This document shows, piece by piece, positions 26,594 to 35,747 of a stretch of 39,568 nucleotides of DNA (the first letter of the stretch is position 1; each line of letters starts with the position of its first letter). The stretch lies in contig JBPOHV010000001.1 in the NCBI GenBank assembly GCA_052035175.1, positions 1 through 39,568 on the forward strand, written 5' to 3'. The notes beneath the pieces were generated by a model. The model saw only the letters and a program-made list of their open reading frames with translations, was not told the DNA's origin and ran no database searches. The stretch comes from a candidate division WWE3 bacterium (GTDB taxonomy: Bacteria; Patescibacteriota; WWE3; UBA101185; UBA10185). The translations under genes were made by a program, and so were the position numbers.

Positions 26594-27064
26594 CTAATAA
26601 GTGCGTAATTTGTCTTGGAGAGCGAGATCGCTTTTGATTTGGCGATCTTTGAGTACTTGTTTCTTTTCAAAATCTTTTTTGCCTTTTACAATGCCTACTT
26701 CGACTTTTAATAATGGCCCTTTTGTTACAAAAGATAAAGGTACGGCTGTGCGTCCTTTTTGAGAAAGCTCTGCAGATAGATGCGCGATTTCTTTTTTTGT
26801 CATCAAAAGTTTTTTGCTTTCACGAGCACGTATAGCGTCGATTTCTTGGCTCTGCTTAGAATAAGCACCTATATACATATTTACAATAAAAGCCTCGTTT
26901 CCTATAACTTTTACAAATGTACCTTCTAGATTGGCCTGGCCTTCGCGGATTGCTTTTACTTCATAACCACGCAAAACAATGCCAGCTTGGATAGTTTCTA
27001 GCACTTCGTGATTGTATAAAGCTTTGCGATTTTTTATTAAAATTCCATGTCTCAACACGTCCAT
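26594..27064 (-). CDS. smpB: SsrA-binding protein
   Basis: NRKALYNHEVLETIQAGIVLRGYEVKAIR, KKLLMTKKEI, GKKDFEKK; TGt-TAAAAT 6 nt before the ATG. Confidence 0.96.
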   Translation of the reverse strand: MDVLRHGILIKNRKALYNHEVLETIQAGIVLRGYEVKAIREGQANLEGTFVKVIGNEAFIVNMYIGAYSKQSQEIDAIRARESKKLLMTKKEIAHLSAELSQKGRTAVPLSFVTKGPLLKVEVGIVKGKKDFEKKQVLKDRQIKSDLALQDKLRTY

Positions 27065-27197
27065 GGCTACATTTTAACACTATAGATGAAAAAACAAGGA
27101 GATTACTCACAAAAAACATTTACTAAAAAAGTTGTTTATTGCTAAAAACAAAGGTTTAACTAATAAGAGTAGGGTTTACGATCTAAACTAAAGGGCT

Positions 27198-28553
27198 TTA
27201 TTTCTTATCTTTTTTCTTATCGCCGCCACCGCCTACACCGAATGCTGCTTGCATTTTGGCTGGTATGCTTCTGGCAAGGCCAAGACCATATATAAGAACT
27301 AAAGGTCCAAGCAATAAAGAATAAGACAATGTTGTAAAAATAGCTGCTATATCTAGGCTAAATATCGAAATACCTATATGCCAAGCCACATTCAAAGTCA
27401 ATGAAACGACAAGTCCCATTGCAGGTATAGACAAAACATTGGCACCAAAACCTTTAAACCATTTGACCGTACCATCATTTCCAGGTAGTGCACCTAAAGC
27501 AAATGTTATAGGTGCCATTACAATTGAAACAAGTATATTGAAGTAAATCTTCACAAACTCAAACCAAACCATCAAGTATAAAAAGGCTGCAACTACACCA
27601 CCAGCTAAAACAGCGATAAATACGCCTAGACCAAGACCTGCACCCCATGGAGCTGCCAAAACAACACCAACAAGCATAAAAATAACACCTGCACCGGCAG
27701 ATGAGCTAGAAACAGCATTTAATGGTTGTGCACCAAGATTTGGAACAATATAATCGGCTACGAAAGTGTCCATGCTCCAACGCATGTTATAAGCCAAAGA
27801 AGCTCCTATCGCACCAATAGTATATGAGAAAAATATCAAGACTATAGCCACAGCAATACGTGGTAGAGCCAGTTGCACACTAACAGCTGCTTGCGCGCTG
27901 ATTTTTTTACCAGTGATTATCATGATACCCACAACCAACATTATCATAGCAATCAAAACCAAAGCGATATCTTTGGATATCTGAGCTACGCCGTAAGTAA
28001 GATCAAGAAATGGGCCAGAGTAATCTTCTGGTGCAGCAAAAGCTGTTTTTACAAAAGGAATCTTTTCTATATTACGATTCCAGGCATATGCGGCATCAAC
28101 CGGAAGGCCACCACTAATAGTATAATCTGCAACGTTTAACAAACCCAAAAGGCCACCACCACCGCTTAGATGAGCTTGTGGGTCTGAATTATTAAATACA
28201 TTTTCATCAGAAAAACCTTCCATTATGATCCTACATTCTGCCTCTGTAATAGAACACGAAGAAGGTACTTCTATGGAAGGATCTTCTGAACTTGCTTTGA
28301 GAAGTGCGCATTTTTGTACATCGCTAATATTTCTTTCAACAAAAACATGTGTAGTAGTTTCTACTATAGTAGCTATACCTGTCGTGATAAGCGTTTTACC
28401 AAGGTCACTACCTGGTACAGAGTTGGTTATCGAATTGTATATATCTTCTCTTCCGGTACAACTACCAGTAAATGCATATGCACTGGGCAACACATGGGCT
28501 AAAGTGAAAAGAAAAATAAATGCGTAAATTACAGATTTTTGTAGTTTGTTCAT
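27198..28553 (-). CDS. VirB6/TrbL-like polytopic membrane protein
   Basis: Signal-like N-terminus, soluble region, then many TM helices including GIMIITGKKI...LALPRIAVAIVLIFFSY; next to the pilin array. Confidence 0.55.
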   Translation of the reverse strand: MNKLQKSVIYAFIFLFTLAHVLPSAYAFTGSCTGREDIYNSITNSVPGSDLGKTLITTGIATIVETTTHVFVERNISDVQKCALLKASSEDPSIEVPSSCSITEAECRIIMEGFSDENVFNNSDPQAHLSGGGGLLGLLNVADYTISGGLPVDAAYAWNRNIEKIPFVKTAFAAPEDYSGPFLDLTYGVAQISKDIALVLIAMIMLVVGIMIITGKKISAQAAVSVQLALPRIAVAIVLIFFSYTIGAIGASLAYNMRWSMDTFVADYIVPNLGAQPLNAVSSSSAGAGVIFMLVGVVLAAPWGAGLGLGVFIAVLAGGVVAAFLYLMVWFEFVKIYFNILVSIVMAPITFALGALPGNDGTVKWFKGFGANVLSIPAMGLVVSLTLNVAWHIGISIFSLDIAAIFTTLSYSLLLGPLVLIYGLGLARSIPAKMQAAFGVGGGGDKKKDKK

Positions 28554-28620
28554 TACCTATACATTTTTTCACACAAAAAGGAATTTTTCAATACAATTTT
28601 CTGTTAGAATATATTGCAAT

Positions 28621-31600
28621 ATGGCATTGCATCCAAATCCAAATTATCAAAGCAAGCATTACACAGGTAAACCTATCTCTTTAGAGCTTTGGGAAAACAT
28701 ATTTGGTAATTGGGGAAAAGAGCTTACGGCTGGGATGCGCCCAAAAATCACAGCTAAAGGTAAATCAGAAGATTATGCTGTCATAGAAGCATATGAATAC
28801 AAAAATGGTAAAGCTAGCTTAGAAGAAGTTTTTGAAGAGCCTGGTGTTAAGTTGGTTGTTGAATTAGATACTGCAATCACCAACCCAGCGCAATTTATCA
28901 AAAAAACAGCTGAACAAAGTATTAAACAAGTGTTTTACCCCAAAGACCTTGATTCTGGGATGCAGCAAGATATTTGGAAAAAAATATTAAGCGGAGAATC
29001 TACAGGTATAGCCGGCGAAGAATACTTTAAACGGATTGTCCAGGGCAAAGACCAAGTCAACCTTTCACTCAAAGATATACCAGTTACAAAAAAAGTCATA
29101 AGTACATTTTATGTAGGTAAAGCCAACGGTAAATTTGAAAAAGTAGAAGAAGAAAGCCAAGAAGGTATATACGGGCATCTGGCCAATACATATACAAGTG
29201 CCATCACAGGAATGGCAAGTAAAGAAAATAGAAATGCTGCAATGCGCAAATGGCAAGCAGAAACTTTGGGGGATTTGTCTGAAGAACTTCAACAAAAGAT
29301 ACGCGCAGGTAAATTGCGTGCAGATTCTCCAGAAGTAAAATTGATCCTCGCTCAAAATAAAATAGCAAACTCAATGGGAAGCATAAGCTCTGATATAAGC
29401 AAGGTAGCTTCTGGCGCGAGCAGTTTGCGCATGATCACATCACCACTTGCTTCTGACAAAGTTAAAGCCAAAGCAAAATGGCAAATGACTGACACCACGA
29501 GAAGTACCTTACAACAAGTTACTGACGGGAAATTAACACTCGCCGACGCTATAAAACAAGGACTGCTTGATGCAGAATCGAATGTAGTACAAGCATATGC
29601 TGCACAACAAAAACTAACCGCAACTATCGCAGCATCTCAAAAAGAACTCAAAGATTTGGCCGCACAATTCAAAGGTACGCAATATGCAACTCAATTTGAA
29701 AAAGCTACAAGAGAACATGCCAGATATTTGGAAAATTTGAGTAAAAAAGTAAACGGCGTAAAAGTAGAAGATTTTGGCACTGGGCAATATGTGATATATG
29801 GTGGAAGCTTAAAAGCTTATTTGCATGATCTTGAAAATGCTAACTTTGAAGGCGGTATAAGAGACAGATTTTTAAATAGAACACACGATGTACTGAGCTG
29901 CAACAATGTAAAGATACGACAAATACTAGACAGTACTGAAGGTGCTCCAACTATAAATAGATTATCTCGCGTTTTGAGAACACGCTACAGAAGTGGGGCG
30001 CTCGACGATTTGAATGATGATATAGCTGAAGGCGCAGGTGGTGTATTTAATACATTTGTTCTTTCGAAATATCAACACAGACTAGCTATATTTGGTCCTC
30101 CAAAAATCCTAAAAGACTTTTTAGTTAAAACACATTATTTTGGCCTTAACTACGAAGAAGATGGCGATGAAAAATATGCGCGTTTAGTACCTTTACATAA
30201 ATTTAATTTAGACGTATTAGGAGATATAGTAAAAGTTACCGGTGGCTCTCATTTTGCAGGATCTATAGAACTTTATAAATTGTTAGCTACCGGACAACTC
30301 AATGGATTGCGTATAAAAACTGAAGGTAAAGACTTTAACCCAATTGCCAATTTTTCATCAATTGCACACGGAAAAGATTTACTTAGCTTATTAAACGGAA
30401 AAGCCATTGACGGTTTGAAATTGACCGATGTAAAAGGATTTCAAGGTAAAGTTGGCGGTTTTAGAAAATGGGTACTAGATAATGCATCTAAATTGGGTAT
30501 AACACTCAAAAACGGCGAGATAGAAAGCACGCTAGAAAATTCTAATAGACTAATCTCAATCATAAATCAAACGACGCGCAGAGAATTTGACCACACATTG
30601 CTTAACGCAACACAAATGAGAGTTGGCTTATTAGAAAGATACACATCATTTTTGGGACAAGGGCAAGCAAAAATGTATCAACTGCTCAATGCCGTTGGAA
30701 TTGGAAAATATGTAAAAAGCTATACATATTATAAAGAAGCAATTGCTGTAGCAATTTCAAGCTTTTTGAAAGCTGCTGCGGGAACAGTATCAGGCGGTAC
30801 AGCGGCTGTATTCTTGAATTGGGTCTTTGACTATATCGGACATACTGTAGTCAAAATGGGAGAAGGCTTTATAAAAGCGCTAAATCCACTCGTCGAAGGC
30901 GATTTCGGAACTGTCTTCAAAAACATTGAACGTACAATAGATGGTGCGGTAGATATCGTAATAAAAGTCTTTATGATTCCACTCGGAATTATATTTGTTT
31001 TCTCATTTTTATATGTCAGTTCGATCTTTTCTTTGGTAAATCCAGCTGATCCAGCGCGTGCTACTACATTTAAAGAACTCGACCTTGGCGGGAGCTATCC
31101 TATACCTCCTAACATTGAAGCGTGTATTGGTGATGCTGATGATGGAGGGCTTGCAGAACTTTCTGGAGGAGGAGGCGTTGCCGACGAAGCAAAATCAATA
31201 GCATCTGGGCTGTTACGCGGGTTTTGGTGCTTTTGGAATCACCACCCAAGCTATGATCCAGAATTTTGGAATCAAGCAGTATTTGATGCAAACCCAAGCC
31301 CAGGGTCTGACTTTAGCTGCGGAAATTGTTTATTTTGGTGTACAGCTTTACCTATCAAAGCTTATGATGGAGCCATACCAGGAGATTTATTGAATTCTCA
31401 GTCTATGGCTGAATTTTTTGGATATCAAAATGATGACGTTACAAGTACATCTGCGGACGGCACGCGGGTATTTATTGCAAATAATGCAGCAGGTATGGAG
31501 GTATACCAGCCTCAGCCGGGCGATGTCATCTTCTTTAGAACACCTTTGCGCCAATATTACCGTATAGCTCACGTAGCAATGGTGTATTCGTATCAAGCAG

Positions 31601-31740
31601 GCGTTGCTATGGAATCTGTACATTCAAATTCTTACTACAAACGCTTCACATACACTGTAAATGGAGATGGTGTTGTCCAAGACTACGCAATAGGCGGAGA
31701 CACTGTACAAGAAGTAATTGGTTTTGGAAGATTTTTGTAA
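28621..31740 (+). CDS. 1039-aa protein: long N-terminal region, TM segments, C-terminal CHAP/NlpC-P60-like domain
   Basis: FWCTALP (Cys), QPGDVIFF, AHVAMV (His), HSN. Start moved to ATG 28621 to avoid overlap with the divergent gene. Confidence 0.65.
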   Translation: MALHPNPNYQSKHYTGKPISLELWENIFGNWGKELTAGMRPKITAKGKSEDYAVIEAYEYKNGKASLEEVFEEPGVKLVVELDTAITNPAQFIKKTAEQSIKQVFYPKDLDSGMQQDIWKKILSGESTGIAGEEYFKRIVQGKDQVNLSLKDIPVTKKVISTFYVGKANGKFEKVEEESQEGIYGHLANTYTSAITGMASKENRNAAMRKWQAETLGDLSEELQQKIRAGKLRADSPEVKLILAQNKIANSMGSISSDISKVASGASSLRMITSPLASDKVKAKAKWQMTDTTRSTLQQVTDGKLTLADAIKQGLLDAESNVVQAYAAQQKLTATIAASQKELKDLAAQFKGTQYATQFEKATREHARYLENLSKKVNGVKVEDFGTGQYVIYGGSLKAYLHDLENANFEGGIRDRFLNRTHDVLSCNNVKIRQILDSTEGAPTINRLSRVLRTRYRSGALDDLNDDIAEGAGGVFNTFVLSKYQHRLAIFGPPKILKDFLVKTHYFGLNYEEDGDEKYARLVPLHKFNLDVLGDIVKVTGGSHFAGSIELYKLLATGQLNGLRIKTEGKDFNPIANFSSIAHGKDLLSLLNGKAIDGLKLTDVKGFQGKVGGFRKWVLDNASKLGITLKNGEIESTLENSNRLISIINQTTRREFDHTLLNATQMRVGLLERYTSFLGQGQAKMYQLLNAVGIGKYVKSYTYYKEAIAVAISSFLKAAAGTVSGGTAAVFLNWVFDYIGHTVVKMGEGFIKALNPLVEGDFGTVFKNIERTIDGAVDIVIKVFMIPLGIIFVFSFLYVSSIFSLVNPADPARATTFKELDLGGSYPIPPNIEACIGDADDGGLAELSGGGGVADEAKSIASGLLRGFWCFWNHHPSYDPEFWNQAVFDANPSPGSDFSCGNCLFWCTALPIKAYDGAIPGDLLNSQSMAEFFGYQNDDVTSTSADGTRVFIANNAAGMEVYQPQPGDVIFFRTPLRQYYRIAHVAMVYSYQAGVAMESVHSNSYYKRFTYTVNGDGVVQDYAIGGDTVQEVIGFGRFL

Positions 31741-31769
31741 AAAGTTTTAAATAAAAGAATCTAAAAAAA

Positions 31770-32240
31770 ATGGAAAGCCTAATAGAATTTGTAAATAAAA
31801 AATGGAAATACTTGTTAGTTATTTGTGGTGCATCCCTTTTGATATATGTGGTCGTAAACTTCTTTACAACAAAAGCTCCTTTGCAATCAAAGCCGTCAAG
31901 CGATCAAGTGTACAGTGTTGAAACACAAAACCAAATACAAAAAAAGCAGCTACAGCAAATAAACTATAGCAGTCCGACAATAATGGAACGTATTGAAGAT
32001 CAAAATATTGGTGACACATTTTTTAGCGAGTCTGGTAAACAAATGGCAGATGCTTATCCTTGGTTTAGAGACATACCTATCTATGCAGATACTTACACGG
32101 TAGTTTTTGATTATGAACAACAAAAATTTAGAATAGTTGTAAAGCCAGGGGCTGATAAACCAACTGCCACAAGCAACGCACTTCAAGCGTTGAGAGATAT
32201 AGGAGTTCAGATAACCGCCACAAATTATTATGTTCAATAA
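31770..32240 (+). CDS. N-terminally anchored hypothetical protein
   Basis: Single TM at residues ~12-32, then a soluble domain. Confidence 0.65.
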   Translation: MESLIEFVNKKWKYLLVICGASLLIYVVVNFFTTKAPLQSKPSSDQVYSVETQNQIQKKQLQQINYSSPTIMERIEDQNIGDTFFSESGKQMADAYPWFRDIPIYADTYTVVFDYEQQKFRIVVKPGADKPTATSNALQALRDIGVQITATNYYVQ

Positions 32241-32306
32241 AGATAGAAGATAGAGTAGTCCCAAATCTCAAGAACTATTACGTTTATGTAAAAGAAGCAC
32301 GTCTAA

Positions 32307-32729
32307 TTATTTAGACGTGTAAGCCGTAACCAACTCTTCCAGCTTGGTCGCAGCTGCATCAAAGACTTCAGAAAATGTAGAAAAATAGCTTAAACCCAAA
32401 GAAGTCACAATAATTGAATAAATAGCTGCAAAACCCACAATTACTAAAAACCCATAAATAACATACGTCCAATTGGCACTTGCTGCTTTGAGACCTTCAG
32501 GGTTACCCATAGCTAAAGACATCTTTATAACTCCTACCAGAATCATTATTGTTAAAAGAACACCAGCCAAAAGTATGGCTGCATTAAATACTCTTTTGAA
32601 TGGGCACACCAAATATTCTGCGGGTATATCCTCATCGAGCGGAATAGTATTGCAATCAACAGCTGCAAATGCAACGCGCATATTCAAAAGCATTATAAAA
32701 AACATTAATGTATATAATATTTTTTTCAT
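32307..32729 (-). CDS. VirB2/TrbC-like pilin 5
   Basis: Signal peptide ending AFA, then TM - AMGNPEGLKAA - TM. Start MKKILY at 32729. Confidence 0.7.
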   Translation of the reverse strand: MKKILYTLMFFIMLLNMRVAFAAVDCNTIPLDEDIPAEYLVCPFKRVFNAAILLAGVLLTIMILVGVIKMSLAMGNPEGLKAASANWTYVIYGFLVIVGFAAIYSIIVTSLGLSYFSTFSEVFDAAATKLEELVTAYTSK

Positions 32730-32733
32730 AGAT

Positions 32734-33057
32734 TTAAAATCCAGGTGTACTGCTATTAATCTCGGCTGTTTGTACACCGATTGATTGTAAAATAGCGCCT
32801 TTTACAGACAACACACCTATAGAAACACACGCAGCAATTATACCCAAAATAAAGGCATTCCACGCTACTTCTGTTTTCTTTGGGTCACCTTCGCTGTGAG
32901 AATATAAAATTGCTGAATAAGCGATACTCATAATACCTATACCAAAACCAAGACCCATAAATAAATTTATCAACAAACCAGAAATGCCTGAGATTGTACT
33001 CAATGGTTCTGGATTTGGTACTCCGCTGCCTGTTAATGTATCAATAAGTTTATCCAT
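32734..33057 (-). CDS. VirB2/TrbC-like pilin 4
   Basis: TM - SEGDPKKTEVA - TM. Confidence 0.7.
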   Translation of the reverse strand: MDKLIDTLTGSGVPNPEPLSTISGISGLLINLFMGLGFGIGIMSIAYSAILYSHSEGDPKKTEVAWNAFILGIIAACVSIGVLSVKGAILQSIGVQTAEINSSTPGF

Positions 33058-33063
33058 ATAATT

Positions 33064-33609
33064 TTAATTTGGCTCACATGTACAACAATGTCCTGTCGTG
33101 CCACCCATGCAATTCTGTTCACAATAAGTATCAAAGTCACAAACTAAATGAAAACCTTGCACGCATTGAGGTTCAAAGCCTGGACAAGCACAAACCGAAT
33201 TCTCACAAGTAATTTGGCCTCCGCCGCCTCCGCCACCACCACCGCCGCCCCCGCTTGTAGATTGATCTTCACCTTCAAAGTTGGTTATACCGTTAATAAT
33301 AAACGTACCGCTATTAGTACCGAGTCCTTGAGGAATGTAGGCTTTAAAAGTCATTACAAAAAAGAGCATAACACCACCAACAACAGCGTAGGCGATTTTA
33401 TTTATACCCTTTTTAACATTGTCTGGAGTGCCTTGCGACACAATAAGTGCATCTATACCAAGAGCAATTTGATAAAAAACCAATGCCCACCCGATATAAA
33501 TAATCGCGCTTATAATAAATCCAAGTATATTCGCAATAGATAAAAACCTGCCGCCTAAAGGATCTACTATCGCATCTCCTAAGGCAGCAAGTCGAAATAG
33601 TCCATACAT
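33064..33609 (-). CDS. VirB2/TrbC-like pilin 3 with a Gly12 linker and a 10-Cys C-terminal domain
   Basis: TM - SQGTPDNVKKG - TM, then 12 Gly and 10 Cys in the last ~50 aa. Confidence 0.72.
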   Translation of the reverse strand: MYGLFRLAALGDAIVDPLGGRFLSIANILGFIISAIIYIGWALVFYQIALGIDALIVSQGTPDNVKKGINKIAYAVVGGVMLFFVMTFKAYIPQGLGTNSGTFIINGITNFEGEDQSTSGGGGGGGGGGGGQITCENSVCACPGFEPQCVQGFHLVCDFDTYCEQNCMGGTTGHCCTCEPN

Positions 33610-33624
33610 ATAATAATTACGCTA

Positions 33625-33670
33625 ACAAAGAGAAACAAACAGCCGTACCGAGCAGAATACTAGGTACGGT
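33625..33670 (-). terminator. Putative terminator/attenuator after pilin 2
   Basis: CCGTACC/GGTACGG stem (33643-33649, 33663-33669) followed on the minus strand by CUGUUUGUUUCUCUUUG. Confidence 0.5.
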
Positions 33671-33675
33671 TGTTG

Positions 33676-34023
33676 TTAATTTGTACCTGTACCACCAAAG
33701 TCTGTAACTCCGGTTAACTCCAAACTTCCACCGACGAGTTGAGGAATGATTACCTTCAAAACTCCGACGAAGAATAAGCCAACACCACCGACTATTGCGT
33801 AAGTTACCCATTGTTGAGCAGCATTAACTGCTTTTTCATCGCCTTTGGACATAACGTATTGAGCAAAACCAAATGCCAACATTACGAAAACCAAAGCCCA
33901 ACCTACGTAAATGATTGTATTGATAATAAAACCAAATATTGCAGAAAGGCTACCAAAACGATCTGTGAATGTTGGAACTGCTACTGGTATTGCATCTGCT
34001 AATTTAAATAAAGAATTCAACAT
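33676..34023 (-). CDS. VirB2/TrbC-like pilin 2 (candidate major pilin)
   Basis: TM - SKGDEKAVNAA - TM; upstream AAGGGGGTG SD-like sequence. ATG 34023 aligns with the start of its paralog at 33609. Confidence 0.75.
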   Translation of the reverse strand: MLNSLFKLADAIPVAVPTFTDRFGSLSAIFGFIINTIIYVGWALVFVMLAFGFAQYVMSKGDEKAVNAAQQWVTYAIVGGVGLFFVGVLKVIIPQLVGGSLELTGVTDFGGTGTN

Positions 34024-34056
34024 ATTGTTTATGTACACCCCCTTTTAACATTAAAT

Positions 34057-35139
34057 TTATGACGTACCGCCTAATACTGTGCTTATTATAATTCTTAATA
34101 TAGCTACTGACAACAACAAGAAAATCACTCCAAGGATTGCACTTGTCAGAGATCCCTGGCATTCTTGGACTTTCTTTGGATCACCCTGACTTGTACCCAA
34201 ACACCAGCCTGACTTTACAATATAAAATCCACCAATTGCCAAACCTGCAGGGAATAAAATAGAACCAACGGTTTGTAAAAATTCAAAAGGATCAACTATT
34301 TTAAATTCTGGATTAATACCAGGGAAAGGGTCACCAGGATTTCCCCCACCACCACCACCGCCACCACTTGAGTCATAAACACATTGCAATAATGTAGTGC
34401 CACAAGAACCATTATAAACTGGCTCACAATTATAATTCTCAGCGCAATCTCCTTGACCGCTACATTGGTCAAAACATTCAGCTACAGTACAATCATTGAA
34501 ACCCTCAGGACACTCATCTGGATAAACCATGCCACAAATAGAACCACCAGAACAATCTTCAGGACCATCACAACGATCTTCACAGCTAGCTTCTACCTGC
34601 ATACAACGTAAATAGGTATTTGGTGGTGCTGTACAACCCAATGTACCAGCATTAACCTGCATACACTCTTCAAAAGGATCCGGGCATGTAGAATCATCAT
34701 ACAGAACACATTCATCACTGCACATACTGCCATTACCAATTACGCACTCATAGTGAGGGTTTGCGCACGACACACCTGGTGCTACTAAATCACAATGATA
34801 AGGTGCTGTGCATGTATCTGGGTTAGTACCACAGCTATCTTCGCATTCACCGGGGGCTATAGGAAAACACTGATCTGTAAAATCATTAACACATACACCA
34901 TCTTGACAATAATCACCATTGTCGCAACAAGTACCAGAGCATGTCTCAAAATTACCACTACACCCAGATTCCATACAACCTGCAGTTGTGCAAACCTCTC
35001 CTGCTGCGCATTCTGGTGAACCGCACACACCAATAACATCGCAAGGATCACCATCTGCAGCGTACACGTTATTTGTAAAAATAAACAAGCCTGCAACTAC
35101 CAATAAGCTAATAAATATTTTGTATCTTTTATTCGTCAT
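34057..35139 (-). CDS. VirB2/TrbC-like pilin 1 with a 36-Cys N-terminal region and Gly8 linker
   Basis: Signal peptide (VYA), Cys-rich residues 33-253, 8 Gly, then TM - SQGDPKKVQEC - TM. Confidence 0.75.
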   Translation of the reverse strand: MTNKRYKIFISLLVVAGLFIFTNNVYAADGDPCDVIGVCGSPECAAGEVCTTAGCMESGCSGNFETCSGTCCDNGDYCQDGVCVNDFTDQCFPIAPGECEDSCGTNPDTCTAPYHCDLVAPGVSCANPHYECVIGNGSMCSDECVLYDDSTCPDPFEECMQVNAGTLGCTAPPNTYLRCMQVEASCEDRCDGPEDCSGGSICGMVYPDECPEGFNDCTVAECFDQCSGQGDCAENYNCEPVYNGSCGTTLLQCVYDSSGGGGGGGGNPGDPFPGINPEFKIVDPFEFLQTVGSILFPAGLAIGGFYIVKSGWCLGTSQGDPKKVQECQGSLTSAILGVIFLLLSVAILRIIISTVLGGTS

Positions 35140-35744
35140 AATAAATTAAACTCTCTTACCCAAGTATTGGCAGTCTGCGCGACATATTCACGCGTGCCAA
35201 ATACATAATATAAACTATACGGGTCTATACCCATTCCTTCAATCCTTTTTTTCATAAATTCAAATGCCTCGACAAATGCTTTTGCGTTGGGATTCTTAGT
35301 AACATCTGAAGAAGCTTGATTATAATTTATACCTGCAAGTTCCATACGTACCAAATAATCTGGATCTTTAGGAAAAGTAAACATTACCAAAGTCAATCTC
35401 ATACCATTGGAAGCAATGAAATCTACATTAATAGGTAAACTTGGCATCAATAAAGCTTTTGCTACACGCGCTTCTTCGTAAGTTGGGGGCGTAGGCGACT
35501 CATATGTAGTAAACAAATCTGGATTTTTTTCAATAAACTTCTCGGTACTATTTACAGGGATATCGTTCTTTTCGGCTTGTTGCCTCTCGATTTGAGATGT
35601 GAAAGGCGTATCTGCAACTGGTAGATTAGTCTTTTTATTTCTAGAAACAAGTACTACTACAAAAACAGATAAAATAACTATCCCTACGATATAAATGTAT
35701 CTCGAAGGCGTTTTATATAATTGTTTTACTCCACCAAAGTTCAT
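35136..35744 (-). CDS. N-terminally anchored hypothetical protein
   Basis: Single N-terminal TM and soluble domain; 4-bp overlap with pilin 1. Confidence 0.65.
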   Translation of the reverse strand: MNFGGVKQLYKTPSRYIYIVGIVILSVFVVVLVSRNKKTNLPVADTPFTSQIERQQAEKNDIPVNSTEKFIEKNPDLFTTYESPTPPTYEEARVAKALLMPSLPINVDFIASNGMRLTLVMFTFPKDPDYLVRMELAGINYNQASSDVTKNPNAKAFVEAFEFMKKRIEGMGIDPYSLYYVFGTREYVAQTANTWVREFNLL

Positions 35745-35747
35745 ATA

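Noticed and set aside
33216-34374. Poly-Gly tracts (33216-33251 and 34342-34365) as phase-variable repeats
   Set aside because: They use mixed GGC/GGT/GGA/GGG codons rather than a homopolymer, and triplet slippage would keep the frame
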